Shown piece by piece: positions 17,065 to 26,881 of a stretch of DNA of 64,000 nt. The position numbers were made by a program, and so were the translations under genes. The notes under the pieces are model-generated. The model saw nothing but the letters and a program-made list of their open reading frames with translations, ran no database searches and had not been told where the DNA came from. This stretch comes from Vulcanimicrobiota bacterium (GTDB lineage: Bacteria; Vulcanimicrobiota; Vulcanimicrobiia; Vulcanimicrobiales; Vulcanimicrobiaceae): positions 138,305-202,304 of the forward strand of contig CAWETW010000004.1 of assembly GCA_963812155.1 (NCBI GenBank), in the 5' to 3' direction. Every line of letters starts with the position of its first letter. Position 1 is the stretch's first letter.

Positions 17065-20000
17065 GTGCCGATCGCTAAGTTCGCCGTCCACCGACGCGTA
17101 GCCGTCTCGATGATCGCACTCGCGATCGTCGTCCTGGGCGTCTTTGCGGTTCCGCGACTTCCGATTTCGCTGCTCCCCAACTTTACTCAACCGGTCGTTA
17201 CCGTTTCGGTAACGTACCCGAACGTCGGCCCGCAGCAGATGGAGACGCTGATCACGCGTCCCATCGAGAACGCCGTCAGCCGCGTCAACGGCATCCAGCA
17301 GATCAACTCCAGCAGCTCCGAAGGCAACAGCAGCGTCACCGCGCAGTTCTACTTCGGCACCAATATCGATACGGCCGCGGTCGACGTCCAGGAACAAGTG
17401 TCGCGCATTTGGGGGACGTTGCCCAACGACCCGAACCTTCAGCAGCCGGTCATCACGAAGTTCGATTCCAACTCGCTGCCGGTCGTGCGCATGTTCGTCA
17501 CGGATCCGAACATGACGCTGCGCGATCTCGGCGACCTGTTCACGAACGTGTTGAGCGACCAGTTCTCGTCCATCAACGGCGTCGCGGCGGTGACCGTCGG
17601 CAACGACCAGCAGCGCGCGATCATGATCGAGCCCAACACCGACGCTTTAGCGGTGAACGGCATCTCGCTGCAGCAGATCATGCAGCGCATCGCCGAAGAG
17701 AACATCAACCTGCCGGCCGGCGTGGTGCAGGTCGGCAAGAGCGAGTACTTGGTTCGCGCCAGCGCGCTGCTGCAATCGGCCAAGGAAACCGGGCAGCTCA
17801 TCGTCACCACCAAGAACGGCGCGCCGATTCGCCTCGATCAAGTCGCCAAAGTCAGCGACTCGATCCTCGAGCAGCGCACGTTCCAGCGACTCAACGGCAC
17901 GCCGGCGGTCGGCGTCACCATCAATGCCCAACCTGACGCCAATATCGTGGCGACCGCCGTTGGCGTCAATGCCAAGATCAAGGAACTGCAACAGCGCTAT
18001 CCCGGCATGCACTTCGCCGTCGTCTTCGGACAGGAAGGCTACATTCGCGAAGCGATCGCTGCGCTCGAGCACACCGCCATTTACGGCGCGATTCTCGCCA
18101 TCGTGGTCATCCTGCTCTTCCTGCACTCGTGGCGTTCGACCCTGATCGTCGCGGTATCGCTTCCCGTCTCGGTGCTCGGCACGCTCTTCGCCGCATACGT
18201 CTGCGGCTATTCGCTCAACATCATGACGCTCGGAGGGTTGGCACTCGCCGTAGGCTTGATCGTTGACGACGCGATCGTCGTCATCGAAAACATCTACCGG
18301 CACATGGCGCGCGGACAGACGCCGATGGAGGCCGCCGAGACGGCAACCGCCGAGATTTTCTCAGCGGTCCTCGCGTCGTCGATTACGGTCATCACCGTGT
18401 TCGTGCCGCTCGTGCTGATTCCGGGATTGCAGGGCCTGATCTTCACGCCGTTCGCCGTGATGGTCATGGTCGCGGTAGGACTCTCGCTGCTCGTGGCGGT
18501 CACGCAAGTGCCGATGCTCTCGTCGGTGATTTTGCGGAAGAAACCGGCAGGTACGAACGGTGCGGCGACCAACGGCAAAGGGCGCGGCGCGTACGCGCGC
18601 TTTTCACGCGCCTTCGACCACCACTACGAGCGGTTCGCTCAATGGTACACGCGGCTGCTCGGCCGCGCGATCGATCGGCCCGGCATCGTGTTCGGCATCG
18701 CCGGCGCCGTCATGCTGGTGACGCTCGTCGCCGCCGCGCTGGGAGCCGTAAAAACCGAGCTCTTTCCCTCGTCGAACTCCGGCTTCGCTCGCTTCAACCT
18801 GCAAATGCCCACCGGCACGGCCCTTTCCGGCATGAACCAGGTCACGATCGACGTCGAGAACCGCATGCGCAAAGACGCGCGCGTGTCGGACGTTGGATCG
18901 CTCGTGGGCTCGAGCGGTCCGGTCGGCGGCACGCAGGTCACCAACGTCGCGAGCCTTTCGGTGACGCTCAAACCCGGGGTCGTCGGCAATCAAGCACAGC
19001 GCTTCGTCACGCAATGGACGGCTGCGCTGACAGGTTCGCGTTCGGCGAGCAGCCGCGGCCACGGGACCACGTCGTTCACACCCCAGCAAATCCGGCAGCT
19101 TCGCGCGAGCTTCGGAAATCCGATACCCGGGCTGCAAGTCTTTGGCCGCACCGTCGACATCGTGCAAAACATCATTTCGCGCGGGCAGGACGCGCTGCAG
19201 ATTCAAATCTTCGGACCCGACATCAACAAACTCTACGATCTCGCCGAGTTTACGGCCATCCCCAAACTCCAGTCGTCGATCGTCGGTTTGCAGCCGCCTC
19301 AGCCCGGCATCACGACCGCGCAGCCCGAAATCGACGTGAGCGTCGACCGCGCAACCGCCGCGCAGCTGGGCGTGAGCACGCAAACGATTTCGCAGGTGGT
19401 CGACATCGCGACCGCCGGACAAACCGCATCCTTCATGCAAATCAACGGAACGCAATATCCAATCGAGGTGCAGTTGCCGGCGGCTCAGCGCCGCAGCCTG
19501 CAGACGATTCAAAGCCTGATGATTCCGGTCTCGACCGTCGCGACGGGATTGGTCGTCAACAACTCCTCGACGGCGCCGATCTCCGCCGGCACGAACGGGG
19601 CCCTCTCGCTCAACACGGCGTCGGGCCCGAACGGCAGCTTTACGTTGCAGACGATGCCGCTCTCGGAACTGGCGAAGATCACCTTCGGCGCCGGGCCCTC
19701 CGAAATCACGCGGCAGAACAAGCAACGCGAGATCGACATCAACGCCGGCTTGAACATTCCGCTCGGCGACGCCGTTACGCAGGCGACCAAGGTCATGAAC
19801 TCGATCACGCTTCCGCCGGGTTATTACTGGGCCTTCGGACCGCAAGTGCTGCAGCAGGGGCAAACCTTTTCGAGTCTCGGACTTATCGTCGCGCTGGCAA
19901 TCGTGCTCATTTACATGCTGCTGGCGTCGCAGTTCGAATCGGTACTGCACCCGCTGGTCATCATGGTCGCCGTCCCGCTGGCGTCGGCCGGCGTCGTTTT

Positions 20001-20499
20001 CGGCATCTTCTTCCGCAACTTGATCTGGCAAGCAGGCGATGCGATCTTCCGGCAACCGTACGCGCCGATGGCTTTTGGCCTGACGGCCTTCATCGGGGTC
20101 TTGATGCTGGTCGGCATCGTCGTCAAGAACGCCATTTTGGTCGTCGAGTTTAGCAATCAGTTGCGCGAGCGCGGCATGAACGCGCGCGACGCGGTGCTGC
20201 ACGCGGCGCCGATGCGCCTGCGTCCGATTCTCATGACGACTTGCGCGACGATCGGCGGCATGATGCCGATCGCGCTCGGAATCGAGGCCGGCAGCCAGAC
20301 CCAGTCGCCCCTGGGAACCGTCGTCATCGGCGGCCTCGCGGTGTCGACCACGCTCTCGCTCATCGTCGTACCGACGCTCTACCTATGGGCCGCGCGGCAC
20401 GTCGAGCCGCGCATGGGCGGATTCCATCGCGGCATCGATCAGGCGTCGGAGCGCCGCGCCGCAGATTTCGTCGAAGAGCCGATCAGCGCAATCGAATAG
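17065..20499 (+). CDS. RND efflux permease (AcrB/AcrD/AcrF family)
   Basis: LNIMTLGGLALAVGLIVDDAIVVIENI, GIVVKNAIL, RLRPILMTT; 1144 aa. Confidence 0.95.
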   Translation: MPIAKFAVHRRVAVSMIALAIVVLGVFAVPRLPISLLPNFTQPVVTVSVTYPNVGPQQMETLITRPIENAVSRVNGIQQINSSSSEGNSSVTAQFYFGTNIDTAAVDVQEQVSRIWGTLPNDPNLQQPVITKFDSNSLPVVRMFVTDPNMTLRDLGDLFTNVLSDQFSSINGVAAVTVGNDQQRAIMIEPNTDALAVNGISLQQIMQRIAEENINLPAGVVQVGKSEYLVRASALLQSAKETGQLIVTTKNGAPIRLDQVAKVSDSILEQRTFQRLNGTPAVGVTINAQPDANIVATAVGVNAKIKELQQRYPGMHFAVVFGQEGYIREAIAALEHTAIYGAILAIVVILLFLHSWRSTLIVAVSLPVSVLGTLFAAYVCGYSLNIMTLGGLALAVGLIVDDAIVVIENIYRHMARGQTPMEAAETATAEIFSAVLASSITVITVFVPLVLIPGLQGLIFTPFAVMVMVAVGLSLLVAVTQVPMLSSVILRKKPAGTNGAATNGKGRGAYARFSRAFDHHYERFAQWYTRLLGRAIDRPGIVFGIAGAVMLVTLVAAALGAVKTELFPSSNSGFARFNLQMPTGTALSGMNQVTIDVENRMRKDARVSDVGSLVGSSGPVGGTQVTNVASLSVTLKPGVVGNQAQRFVTQWTAALTGSRSASSRGHGTTSFTPQQIRQLRASFGNPIPGLQVFGRTVDIVQNIISRGQDALQIQIFGPDINKLYDLAEFTAIPKLQSSIVGLQPPQPGITTAQPEIDVSVDRATAAQLGVSTQTISQVVDIATAGQTASFMQINGTQYPIEVQLPAAQRRSLQTIQSLMIPVSTVATGLVVNNSSTAPISAGTNGALSLNTASGPNGSFTLQTMPLSELAKITFGAGPSEITRQNKQREIDINAGLNIPLGDAVTQATKVMNSITLPPGYYWAFGPQVLQQGQTFSSLGLIVALAIVLIYMLLASQFESVLHPLVIMVAVPLASAGVVFGIFFRNLIWQAGDAIFRQPYAPMAFGLTAFIGVLMLVGIVVKNAILVVEFSNQLRERGMNARDAVLHAAPMRLRPILMTTCATIGGMMPIALGIEAGSQTQSPLGTVVIGGLAVSTTLSLIVVPTLYLWAARHVEPRMGGFHRGIDQASERRAADFVEEPISAIE

Positions 20500-21243
20500 T
20501 CATCGTAAGCGAACGAAGAATGCCAACGTCATCGCGGTTCCGACCGCAATGACGATTCCCCGCGCGATCGGCTGCGGAACGCGCCGGAAGAAGCGCGCGC
20601 CGAAGTAGCCGCCGGCAAGCGCGATAACCGCCATCGGCAAGGCAAACCGCCAGTCGACGATGCGAGCGATCACGAACGGCACCAGTGCGATTCCGTTGAT
20701 CGAGACGGCCAGCACGTTTTTGACGGCGTTTTGTGCGTTGAGATTCGGCAGGCCGGAAAACGCCAGTACCGCGAGCATCAAGATGCCCATGCCCGCGCCG
20801 AAGTATCCACCGTAAATCGACACGAAGAACTGCACGACGAGCTGCCACGGCGCGTGCCTCGGCACTTCCCCCGGACGCCGTAACCAGGGGCTGACGGCGA
20901 ACACCGCGGTCGCGAAGAGCAGCAGCCACGGAATCATGCGCTCGAACAGCAACGGCGGCGTGATCAAGAGGGCGATGGCCCCGAGCAGTGCGCCCACGAG
21001 GCTCACGACGACCAACGGCAACAGCAGTCCGCGATGCGCCGCAACCTCTTCCTTGTAGCCGCGCGCGCTGCCGATCGTGCCGACCCACATCGCTGCGTTG
21101 TTGGTGGCGTTGGCCGAAATCGCGGGCACGCCGGCGAACAGCAGCGCCGGAAACGAGAGAAAACTGCCGCCGCCGGCGACGCTGTTCATCGCGCCCGCGA
21201 AGAACGCCGCCACACACGGGAGCGCGATCTGTACGGTCGTCAA
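20500..21243 (-). CDS. TauE/SafE family (sulfite exporter-like) membrane protein
   Basis: AGAMNSVAGGGS, ANATN, YGGYFGAGMGI. Confidence 0.88.
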   Translation of the reverse strand: MTTVQIALPCVAAFFAGAMNSVAGGGSFLSFPALLFAGVPAISANATNNAAMWVGTIGSARGYKEEVAAHRGLLLPLVVVSLVGALLGAIALLITPPLLFERMIPWLLLFATAVFAVSPWLRRPGEVPRHAPWQLVVQFFVSIYGGYFGAGMGILMLAVLAFSGLPNLNAQNAVKNVLAVSINGIALVPFVIARIVDWRFALPMAVIALAGGYFGARFFRRVPQPIARGIVIAVGTAMTLAFFVRLR

Positions 21244-21259
21244 ACGCGCTAGGGAGGCT

Positions 21260-23425
21260 CTAAGGAGCGACGCGCTCGCGCTTGGTGACGCGATAGACGT
21301 GGCGCACGTTCTTGAGCGATTCGAGTCGCGTGATGATGCGGTGTAAATGTTCGAGGTCGCGAATTTGGACGGTGAGGCTGGTGGCGGCCACGCCGTCGCG
21401 CCGCACTCGCGCCGTCACCGAGCTCACCTGCGTCTTCAACTCGGCGAACACGGCCATGATGTCTTGCAGTAACTGCGCGCGGTCATCGGCTTCGACTTCG
21501 ACGTCGACGGCGTGCGTGAGATCCGCGTCGGTATTCCATTGCACCTGGAGAATGCGTTCGGGCACCGTTCCGTTGAGCCGTGCCACGTTCGGACAGTCGG
21601 CGCGGTGGACGTTCACGCCGCGGCCGATCGTGACGTACCCCATGATCGGATCGCCCGGAACGGGGCAGCAGCACTTCGACAGGCGCACGAGCACGTCGTC
21701 AACGCCCGCGATGCGGACGCCGCTCGATTTGCGCCCCCCGCGCCGGACCGGCGTCTTGCGCCCGATTTTGGTGAGATCGACGACGTTGCCGCTGCGAACT
21801 TCGTCGCGCACGCGATTGGCGACCGCGGTCGCCGAAACGTCGCCGAAGCCGATGGCTGCGTAGAGATCCGCCGGCGTGGAATAGTTCAGCCGCGACGCGA
21901 TGCGCTCGATGAGTTCGCCGCGAGCCGTGTCGACGCGCACGCCGCTGCGCACGAGTTCGTGCTCGAGCGACTCCTGGCCGGCCAGCACGTTCTCCTCACG
22001 GCGTTCTTTTCGGAACCACTGCTTGATCTTGTGTTTTGCGCTCGACGTTTTGACGATCGAGAGCCAGTCGAGCGAGGGATGGCCGCTCGTCTTGTTGACC
22101 AGAATCTCGCAAATGTCGCCGTTGTTGAGTTGCGAGTCGAGCGGTACGATGCGCCCGTTGACCTTCGCTCCCACGCAGTGATTGCCGACGTCGGTGTGCA
22201 CCGAATAGGCGAAATCGAGCGGCGTACCGCCGGCGGGCATCGAAAAGACGTCGCCGCGCGGCGAAAACACGAATACCTGAGAGTCGAAGAGATCGAGCTT
22301 GAGGTTTTCCATGAACACGCGCGAGTCGCGCATGTCTTTCTGCCATTCGAGCAGCGCGCGCAGCCAGGAGAGCTTGTTTTCGAACTGATCGGCTTTGCCG
22401 CCCTCTTTGTAGCGCCAGTGCGCCGCGATGCCGTATTCGCTCGTACGATGCATGTCCCAGGTGCGAATTTGAATTTCGAGGGGTTCTCCCGTGGGCCCCA
22501 CCACCGTCGTATGCAACGATTGGTACATATTCGGCTTCGGCATCGCAATGTAGTCTTTGAAACGGCCGGGCAGCGGCGTCCATAGCGCGTGCACCGCTCC
22601 GAGGGCGCCGTAGCAATCCTTCACCGTATCGACGATGATGCGAATGGCGGTCAGATCGTAGATCGTCGAAAAATCGCGTCCCGATTTGATCTTCGTGTAA
22701 ATCGAATAGAAGTGTTTGGGGCGGCCGTGGATCTCGGCTTGGATGTTCATCGCCTTGAAGTCGTCGCGGAGCCGTGCGATCGCTTCTTGCACGTCGGCCT
22801 CACGCTCGCGCCGCGTCTTGGCGACAAGTTCGACGATTTCGCGGTACGGATCGGGGTCGAGGTAACGCAGACAATCGTCCTCGATCTCCCACTTGATCTT
22901 CCAGATGCCGAGACGGTGGGCGATCGGCGCGTAGATGTCGAGGGTCTCCCGCGCGATGGCTTGCTGCTTGGCGGGCGGCAAACTCGACAGCGTACGCATG
23001 TTATGCAGACGATCGGCGAGCTTGATGATGATGACGCGGATGTCCTTGGCCATCGCCATGAACATCTTGCGAAGGTTTTCAACCTGCGCGTCTTCCTTGG
23101 ACTGATACGGAATGCGCGTGAGTTTGGTGACGCCTTCGACGAGTTGCGCGATCTCGTCGCCGAATTCGGCCGCCACCTGCTCGCTGGTGACCGACGTGTC
23201 TTCCACGACGTCGTGCAGCAGCGCCGCGGCGATCGTCTCGCGGTCCATCTCGAGTTCGGCCAGCACGCCGGCGACTGCTAACGGATGCTCGATGTACGAC
23301 TCGCCCGACGCACGGCGTTGGCCCTCGTGAGCGGCGTCGGCGACCTCGTAGACGCGCGTCAGCCACGCCCCGTCGGCGGACGGGTCGTAGCGATGCACGC
23401 GCTCGACGAGTTCTCGGATGGTCAT
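21260..23425 (-). CDS. rel: Bifunctional (p)ppGpp synthetase/hydrolase Rel
   Basis: H.GQRR.SGE.YI.HP, LHDVVED, KLADRLHN, RFKDYIA.PKPN.YQSLHT, TGS and ACT domains. Confidence 0.97.
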   Translation of the reverse strand: MTIRELVERVHRYDPSADGAWLTRVYEVADAAHEGQRRASGESYIEHPLAVAGVLAELEMDRETIAAALLHDVVEDTSVTSEQVAAEFGDEIAQLVEGVTKLTRIPYQSKEDAQVENLRKMFMAMAKDIRVIIIKLADRLHNMRTLSSLPPAKQQAIARETLDIYAPIAHRLGIWKIKWEIEDDCLRYLDPDPYREIVELVAKTRREREADVQEAIARLRDDFKAMNIQAEIHGRPKHFYSIYTKIKSGRDFSTIYDLTAIRIIVDTVKDCYGALGAVHALWTPLPGRFKDYIAMPKPNMYQSLHTTVVGPTGEPLEIQIRTWDMHRTSEYGIAAHWRYKEGGKADQFENKLSWLRALLEWQKDMRDSRVFMENLKLDLFDSQVFVFSPRGDVFSMPAGGTPLDFAYSVHTDVGNHCVGAKVNGRIVPLDSQLNNGDICEILVNKTSGHPSLDWLSIVKTSSAKHKIKQWFRKERREENVLAGQESLEHELVRSGVRVDTARGELIERIASRLNYSTPADLYAAIGFGDVSATAVANRVRDEVRSGNVVDLTKIGRKTPVRRGGRKSSGVRIAGVDDVLVRLSKCCCPVPGDPIMGYVTIGRGVNVHRADCPNVARLNGTVPERILQVQWNTDADLTHAVDVEVEADDRAQLLQDIMAVFAELKTQVSSVTARVRRDGVAATSLTVQIRDLEHLHRIITRLESLKNVRHVYRVTKRERVAP

Positions 23426-23477
23426 GACACTATCCGCCCATTATAGCGCGCCGTCCAAACGGCGCCAGCCCAACGGC

Positions 23478-23990
23478 CTAGGGGGATCGAGGCGCCGCCG
23501 ACGGGGGCGGCCCGGATGCCGGCCGCTCGAGCGTCTCGACGTCGAGTTTGTCCTTGAAAAAGATGGTGGCGATCTTGCCGTCAGAGTCTAGGATCATCCA
23601 CATGTAGATGTTGCCTTCCAGGCACTGCATCTGGTAGATATAGCCCTGCGAGCCGGACGGAATGTCGGCCGCGCTGAACGGCCCGACGAAGCTCATATCG
23701 GTGAGCGGTCCCAGCGCCGATAACGCGTGGGCCACGTCGTTGACCTTGTCGTCGGTAAGTTTCGGCAGAACTTCGGCTGCATACAGGCGTTTGTTGATGC
23801 TGCCGGCTTGCCATGCGACGAATTGCTGACGCGCGATTTTAGTGATTGCCGGGTCGGCGACGGGCGCCGCCGTCGGGGCGGGCGTCGGCGTCGGACGCGC
23901 GCCCGCCGGCGCCGTCAATGCTACGACGATCGCCAACAGAGCGAACGCATGACGAATCGGTTGCGGCTGCACGAGGATGCGACGGCTCAC
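23478..23990 (-). CDS. Secreted hypothetical protein
   Basis: Hydrophobic signal, PTPTP linker; coupled to apt. Confidence 0.6.
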   Translation of the reverse strand: MSRRILVQPQPIRHAFALLAIVVALTAPAGARPTPTPAPTAAPVADPAITKIARQQFVAWQAGSINKRLYAAEVLPKLTDDKVNDVAHALSALGPLTDMSFVGPFSAADIPSGSQGYIYQMQCLEGNIYMWMILDSDGKIATIFFKDKLDVETLERPASGPPPSAAPRSP

Positions 23991-24499
23991 GCGCGCACGA
24001 ACGAAACGACGTCGACGCCCGGAATCTTCTTGCGTCCGTCGAGCGCGGTGAGTTCGATGAGGACGGCGATGCCCTCGACGTGCGCGCCGAGACGCCCGAG
24101 CAATCGCAGCGTCGCCGCCGCGGTGCCTCCGGTCGCAAGCACGTCGTCGACGACCAGCACGCGGTCGCCCTCGGACAGCGCATCGGAATGCACTTCCAAC
24201 GCGTTCGTGCCGTACTCCAGCGCATACTCTTCGCTAATCGTCGTGTACGGCAGCTTGCCGGGCTTGCGAATCGGTATGAAACCGGCTCCGAGCACGTAGG
24301 CCACCGGCGCGCCGAGAATGTAGCCGCGCGCTTCGACGCCGACGACGTAATCGATCGAGCGACCGCTAAAGTGCTCGACGAAAAGATCGACGGCTCGACG
24401 AAAACCCTCTTTGTCTTTCAGCAGCGGCGTAATGTCGCGAAACAGAACGCCGGCCAGCGGAAAATCGGGAATCGATCGAATAAGGCTTTCGATTTCCAC
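23987..24499 (-). CDS. apt: Adenine phosphoribosyltransferase
   Basis: IPDFP..GVLFRDITPLL, EARG, RKPGKLP, VDDVLATGGT. Confidence 0.96.
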   Translation of the reverse strand: MEIESLIRSIPDFPLAGVLFRDITPLLKDKEGFRRAVDLFVEHFSGRSIDYVVGVEARGYILGAPVAYVLGAGFIPIRKPGKLPYTTISEEYALEYGTNALEVHSDALSEGDRVLVVDDVLATGGTAAATLRLLGRLGAHVEGIAVLIELTALDGRKKIPGVDVVSFVRA

Positions 24500-24508
24500 G
24501 AAGCCTCG

Positions 24509-25351
24509 GTGTTCGCGCAACGATTCGGGCGGCCTTTTCGCGAAGAGGACGCTATTCGGCGATCATCGCGCGCCGAACCGCCCCGCCGGCGGCTTGGCGC
24601 CTTCTTACGCAATCGTGACTCCGCCCGGCTGCTCGTTGCGTTCGCCGCGGCGCTCGCATTGCACGAAATCCTGGCCGCATTGATTCCCTCCTCGGCGCCG
24701 CACCGCGCATCGCAAGAAGTAGCCGTCAGCCAGGTGAGCGTCACGCGCCTAATGCCGACGCCGAAACCGGCTCCCACGCCACGCCGGATGCCGGTAACGC
24801 GCGCTCGCACGGCCGTCGCGGTCACAACACCACGCGCAACGCCGGCACCGCAAGCACCCTCCGGTCGAAACGTTGCGGCTCGCGGCGGCGCGGCACGGCC
24901 AAAGCCGCCACAGGTTTCGCATGCAAAGCCGATCTGGGACCTTCCAACGGGCGGCCGAGGATCCGCCGCGGGAAGCGCGGCCGGCTCCGGAAGCGCCGGA
25001 AGCGGGGCCGGCAACGGCTCGGGCGCCGGTGCGCAACCGTGCGGCTACGTGGAGTTTTCGGATCCGAACGGTTCGCGCTACGACCCGAACAACGGCGGCT
25101 ATTGGGTCGACGTGGCGATGACCGTGCACTTCGCCGACCGCCGCACCGAGTCGCTGCTGCTCGATTACGCGTGGTTTTACCCGAACTCGGCATCCAATCC
25201 GTGGGCGCAACAAAATCTCGACGACCCTAACTTTCCGACGCGGTTTCAGAGTCCGCCGCCGGGCAAACGCGCGAGCGAGCCGCCGCTCGTGCTGTACGTC
25301 ATCGCGCACTCGAACGGCGACGGGCTCACGCTGCTCAAGAGTTGCCCTTAG
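24509..25351 (+). CDS. Membrane-anchored Pro/Gly-rich hypothetical protein (TonB-like architecture)
   Basis: TM segment with His (ALALHEIL), Pro-rich stalk, GSG linker, globular C-domain; start uncertain. Confidence 0.55.
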   Translation: MFAQRFGRPFREEDAIRRSSRAEPPRRRLGAFLRNRDSARLLVAFAAALALHEILAALIPSSAPHRASQEVAVSQVSVTRLMPTPKPAPTPRRMPVTRARTAVAVTTPRATPAPQAPSGRNVAARGGAARPKPPQVSHAKPIWDLPTGGRGSAAGSAAGSGSAGSGAGNGSGAGAQPCGYVEFSDPNGSRYDPNNGGYWVDVAMTVHFADRRTESLLLDYAWFYPNSASNPWAQQNLDDPNFPTRFQSPPPGKRASEPPLVLYVIAHSNGDGLTLLKSCP

Positions 25352-25890
25352 GCTTCGTTCGACGTCAGGTGCGGCACGATGCGCTCGCGCAGATCGCCGT
25401 TCCACCGCGCGACGAACGAGTGAAGGATTCGCGCGGTAAGGCCCCAGATGCGGCGCCCTTCGAAGTCCAACACGAGGCTGCGCAGCCGCAACCCGCCGTA
25501 CTCGACGCTTCCCCGCTGCAGACCGCCCTCGACGATCGTCGCGAGCGGGACGAGAAAGACGCCCGCGGTTTCGTCGCCGTCGATCGTGAGATCGCCCGCT
25601 TCGACCAGCGCGACGAACGGCGTCACGTCGAAGTTGTTCCTTACGCGCTGATGCAGCGTCGGCAGTCGCTCGACGATCGTCGCGCGGCCGCTCTCGATAC
25701 CGACCTCTTCGTGCAGTTCGCGCAACGCCGTCGCTTCCAAGCCTCCATCTTCGGGGTGCGCCCTGCCGCCCGGAAGACCGATCTGTCCCGGATGGTCGCG
25801 CAGGTGCGCGGCCCGCTCCACGAAGACGACGCCGTGCGGAAACGCGCGAAAAATCGCGATGACGACGGCGGCTTGGCGGCGCGGCATCAC
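25348..25890 (-). CDS. NUDIX hydrolase, CoA pyrophosphatase type
   Basis: LRDHPGQIGLPGG...TALRELHEEVG, IWGLTARIL. Confidence 0.9.
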   Translation of the reverse strand: MMPRRQAAVVIAIFRAFPHGVVFVERAAHLRDHPGQIGLPGGRAHPEDGGLEATALRELHEEVGIESGRATIVERLPTLHQRVRNNFDVTPFVALVEAGDLTIDGDETAGVFLVPLATIVEGGLQRGSVEYGGLRLRSLVLDFEGRRIWGLTARILHSFVARWNGDLRERIVPHLTSNEA

Positions 25891-25940
25891 CCGATAATAG
25901 CGAAGCGGGGCGCGCTCCGGCAACCACCGAAGCTGCGCTC

Positions 25941-26315
25941 GTGAACGATCTGGCCGAACGAGAGTGCGTACCGTGCCGCGGCGGCGTGCCGCCGCTGACG
26001 CGCGAAGCGATCGCGCCGCTGCTGGAACTGCTCGAACCGGGCTGGCGCGTGCGCGACCGGCCGCACGGCGAGGGCGTCGTGCTCTCGCTCGAGCGAACGT
26101 ACCGCTACGCGAATTTCGCCGAGGCGATGACCGCCGCCGTCGCGATCGGCGAGATGGCCGAGCGCCAGCGCCACCATCCCGATTTGCACGTGGCCTGGGG
26201 TCGCCTCGGCGTCGAAGTGTGGACCCACAAAATCGGCGGCCTCACCGAAAGCGACTTTATCTTCGCGGCCAAATGCGACGCGATCGCCGCAACGCTCGCA
26301 ACGCCGCCCACGTAA
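25941..26315 (+). CDS. phhB: Pterin-4a-carbinolamine dehydratase
   Basis: CVPCRGG.PPL, AE...HHPDL, WTHKIGGLTESDFI.AAK. Confidence 0.92.
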   Translation: MNDLAERECVPCRGGVPPLTREAIAPLLELLEPGWRVRDRPHGEGVVLSLERTYRYANFAEAMTAAVAIGEMAERQRHHPDLHVAWGRLGVEVWTHKIGGLTESDFIFAAKCDAIAATLATPPT

Positions 26316-26351
26316 CCGCCGGCCCGAGTGTTCCGGCTTCGCCGGATTACG

Positions 26352-26762
26352 TCAGGTGCACCCTTCTTCGACGTGGCAGCGCACGAGAAACTCCGTTCCG
26401 CTCGGGTGCGATATCGTCACCATCGCGATGAACGCGACCTTCTCGTCTTCGGGCGCGACGAGGACTACCACATGTCCTCGATTGACCGAGACGTCAAGCC
26501 GGGGATCGCTGCTGCTGGCGCTCCAATCGGACTTAGGCAAGAGGCGAAAGATCGCGCTCGACGCGTCTCTCGTCGTGCCGGAAATCAGCGTGATCACCGC
26601 TTCCTCGAGATGCGGGGCGTTCGCAGCCGGGGCGATGGCGGCAATCGAGGCGGTCTCTCCGGCACTGGCTGCCGGCACGACGAGCGTTTTTATCGCGGGT
26701 GAACATCCGGCGGCGCCTAAGACCACACCGGCGGCAGCGCAAGCCATCTCTTTACGGTTCAT
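26352..26762 (-). CDS. Putative lipoprotein
   Basis: Lipobox-like AAGC; GGAGA RBS. Confidence 0.5.
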   Translation of the reverse strand: MNRKEMACAAAGVVLGAAGCSPAIKTLVVPAASAGETASIAAIAPAANAPHLEEAVITLISGTTRDASSAIFRLLPKSDWSASSSDPRLDVSVNRGHVVVLVAPEDEKVAFIAMVTISHPSGTEFLVRCHVEEGCT

Positions 26763-26881
26763 TCGATCTCCTTTAGCGCGTCGAACTGCTTTACTCCCGC
26801 TTCGCGAAAGTCCCGGAACGATCTTGTCGTTTGCGCGGCGCGTAGCAGTTGGGTCTTCGACTTCATTCGTCAGGAGGCCCC

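Noticed and set aside
18604..20202. Long antisense or alternative-frame ORFs (also over rel, secD, secF, glnA)
   Set aside because: Shadow ORFs expected in high-GC DNA opposite well-supported genes.
25941..26315. phhB as partner of the Tyr-regulated HDO
   Set aside because: 10 kb away and separately transcribed; orphan pterin dehydratases are common; no evidence of linkage.
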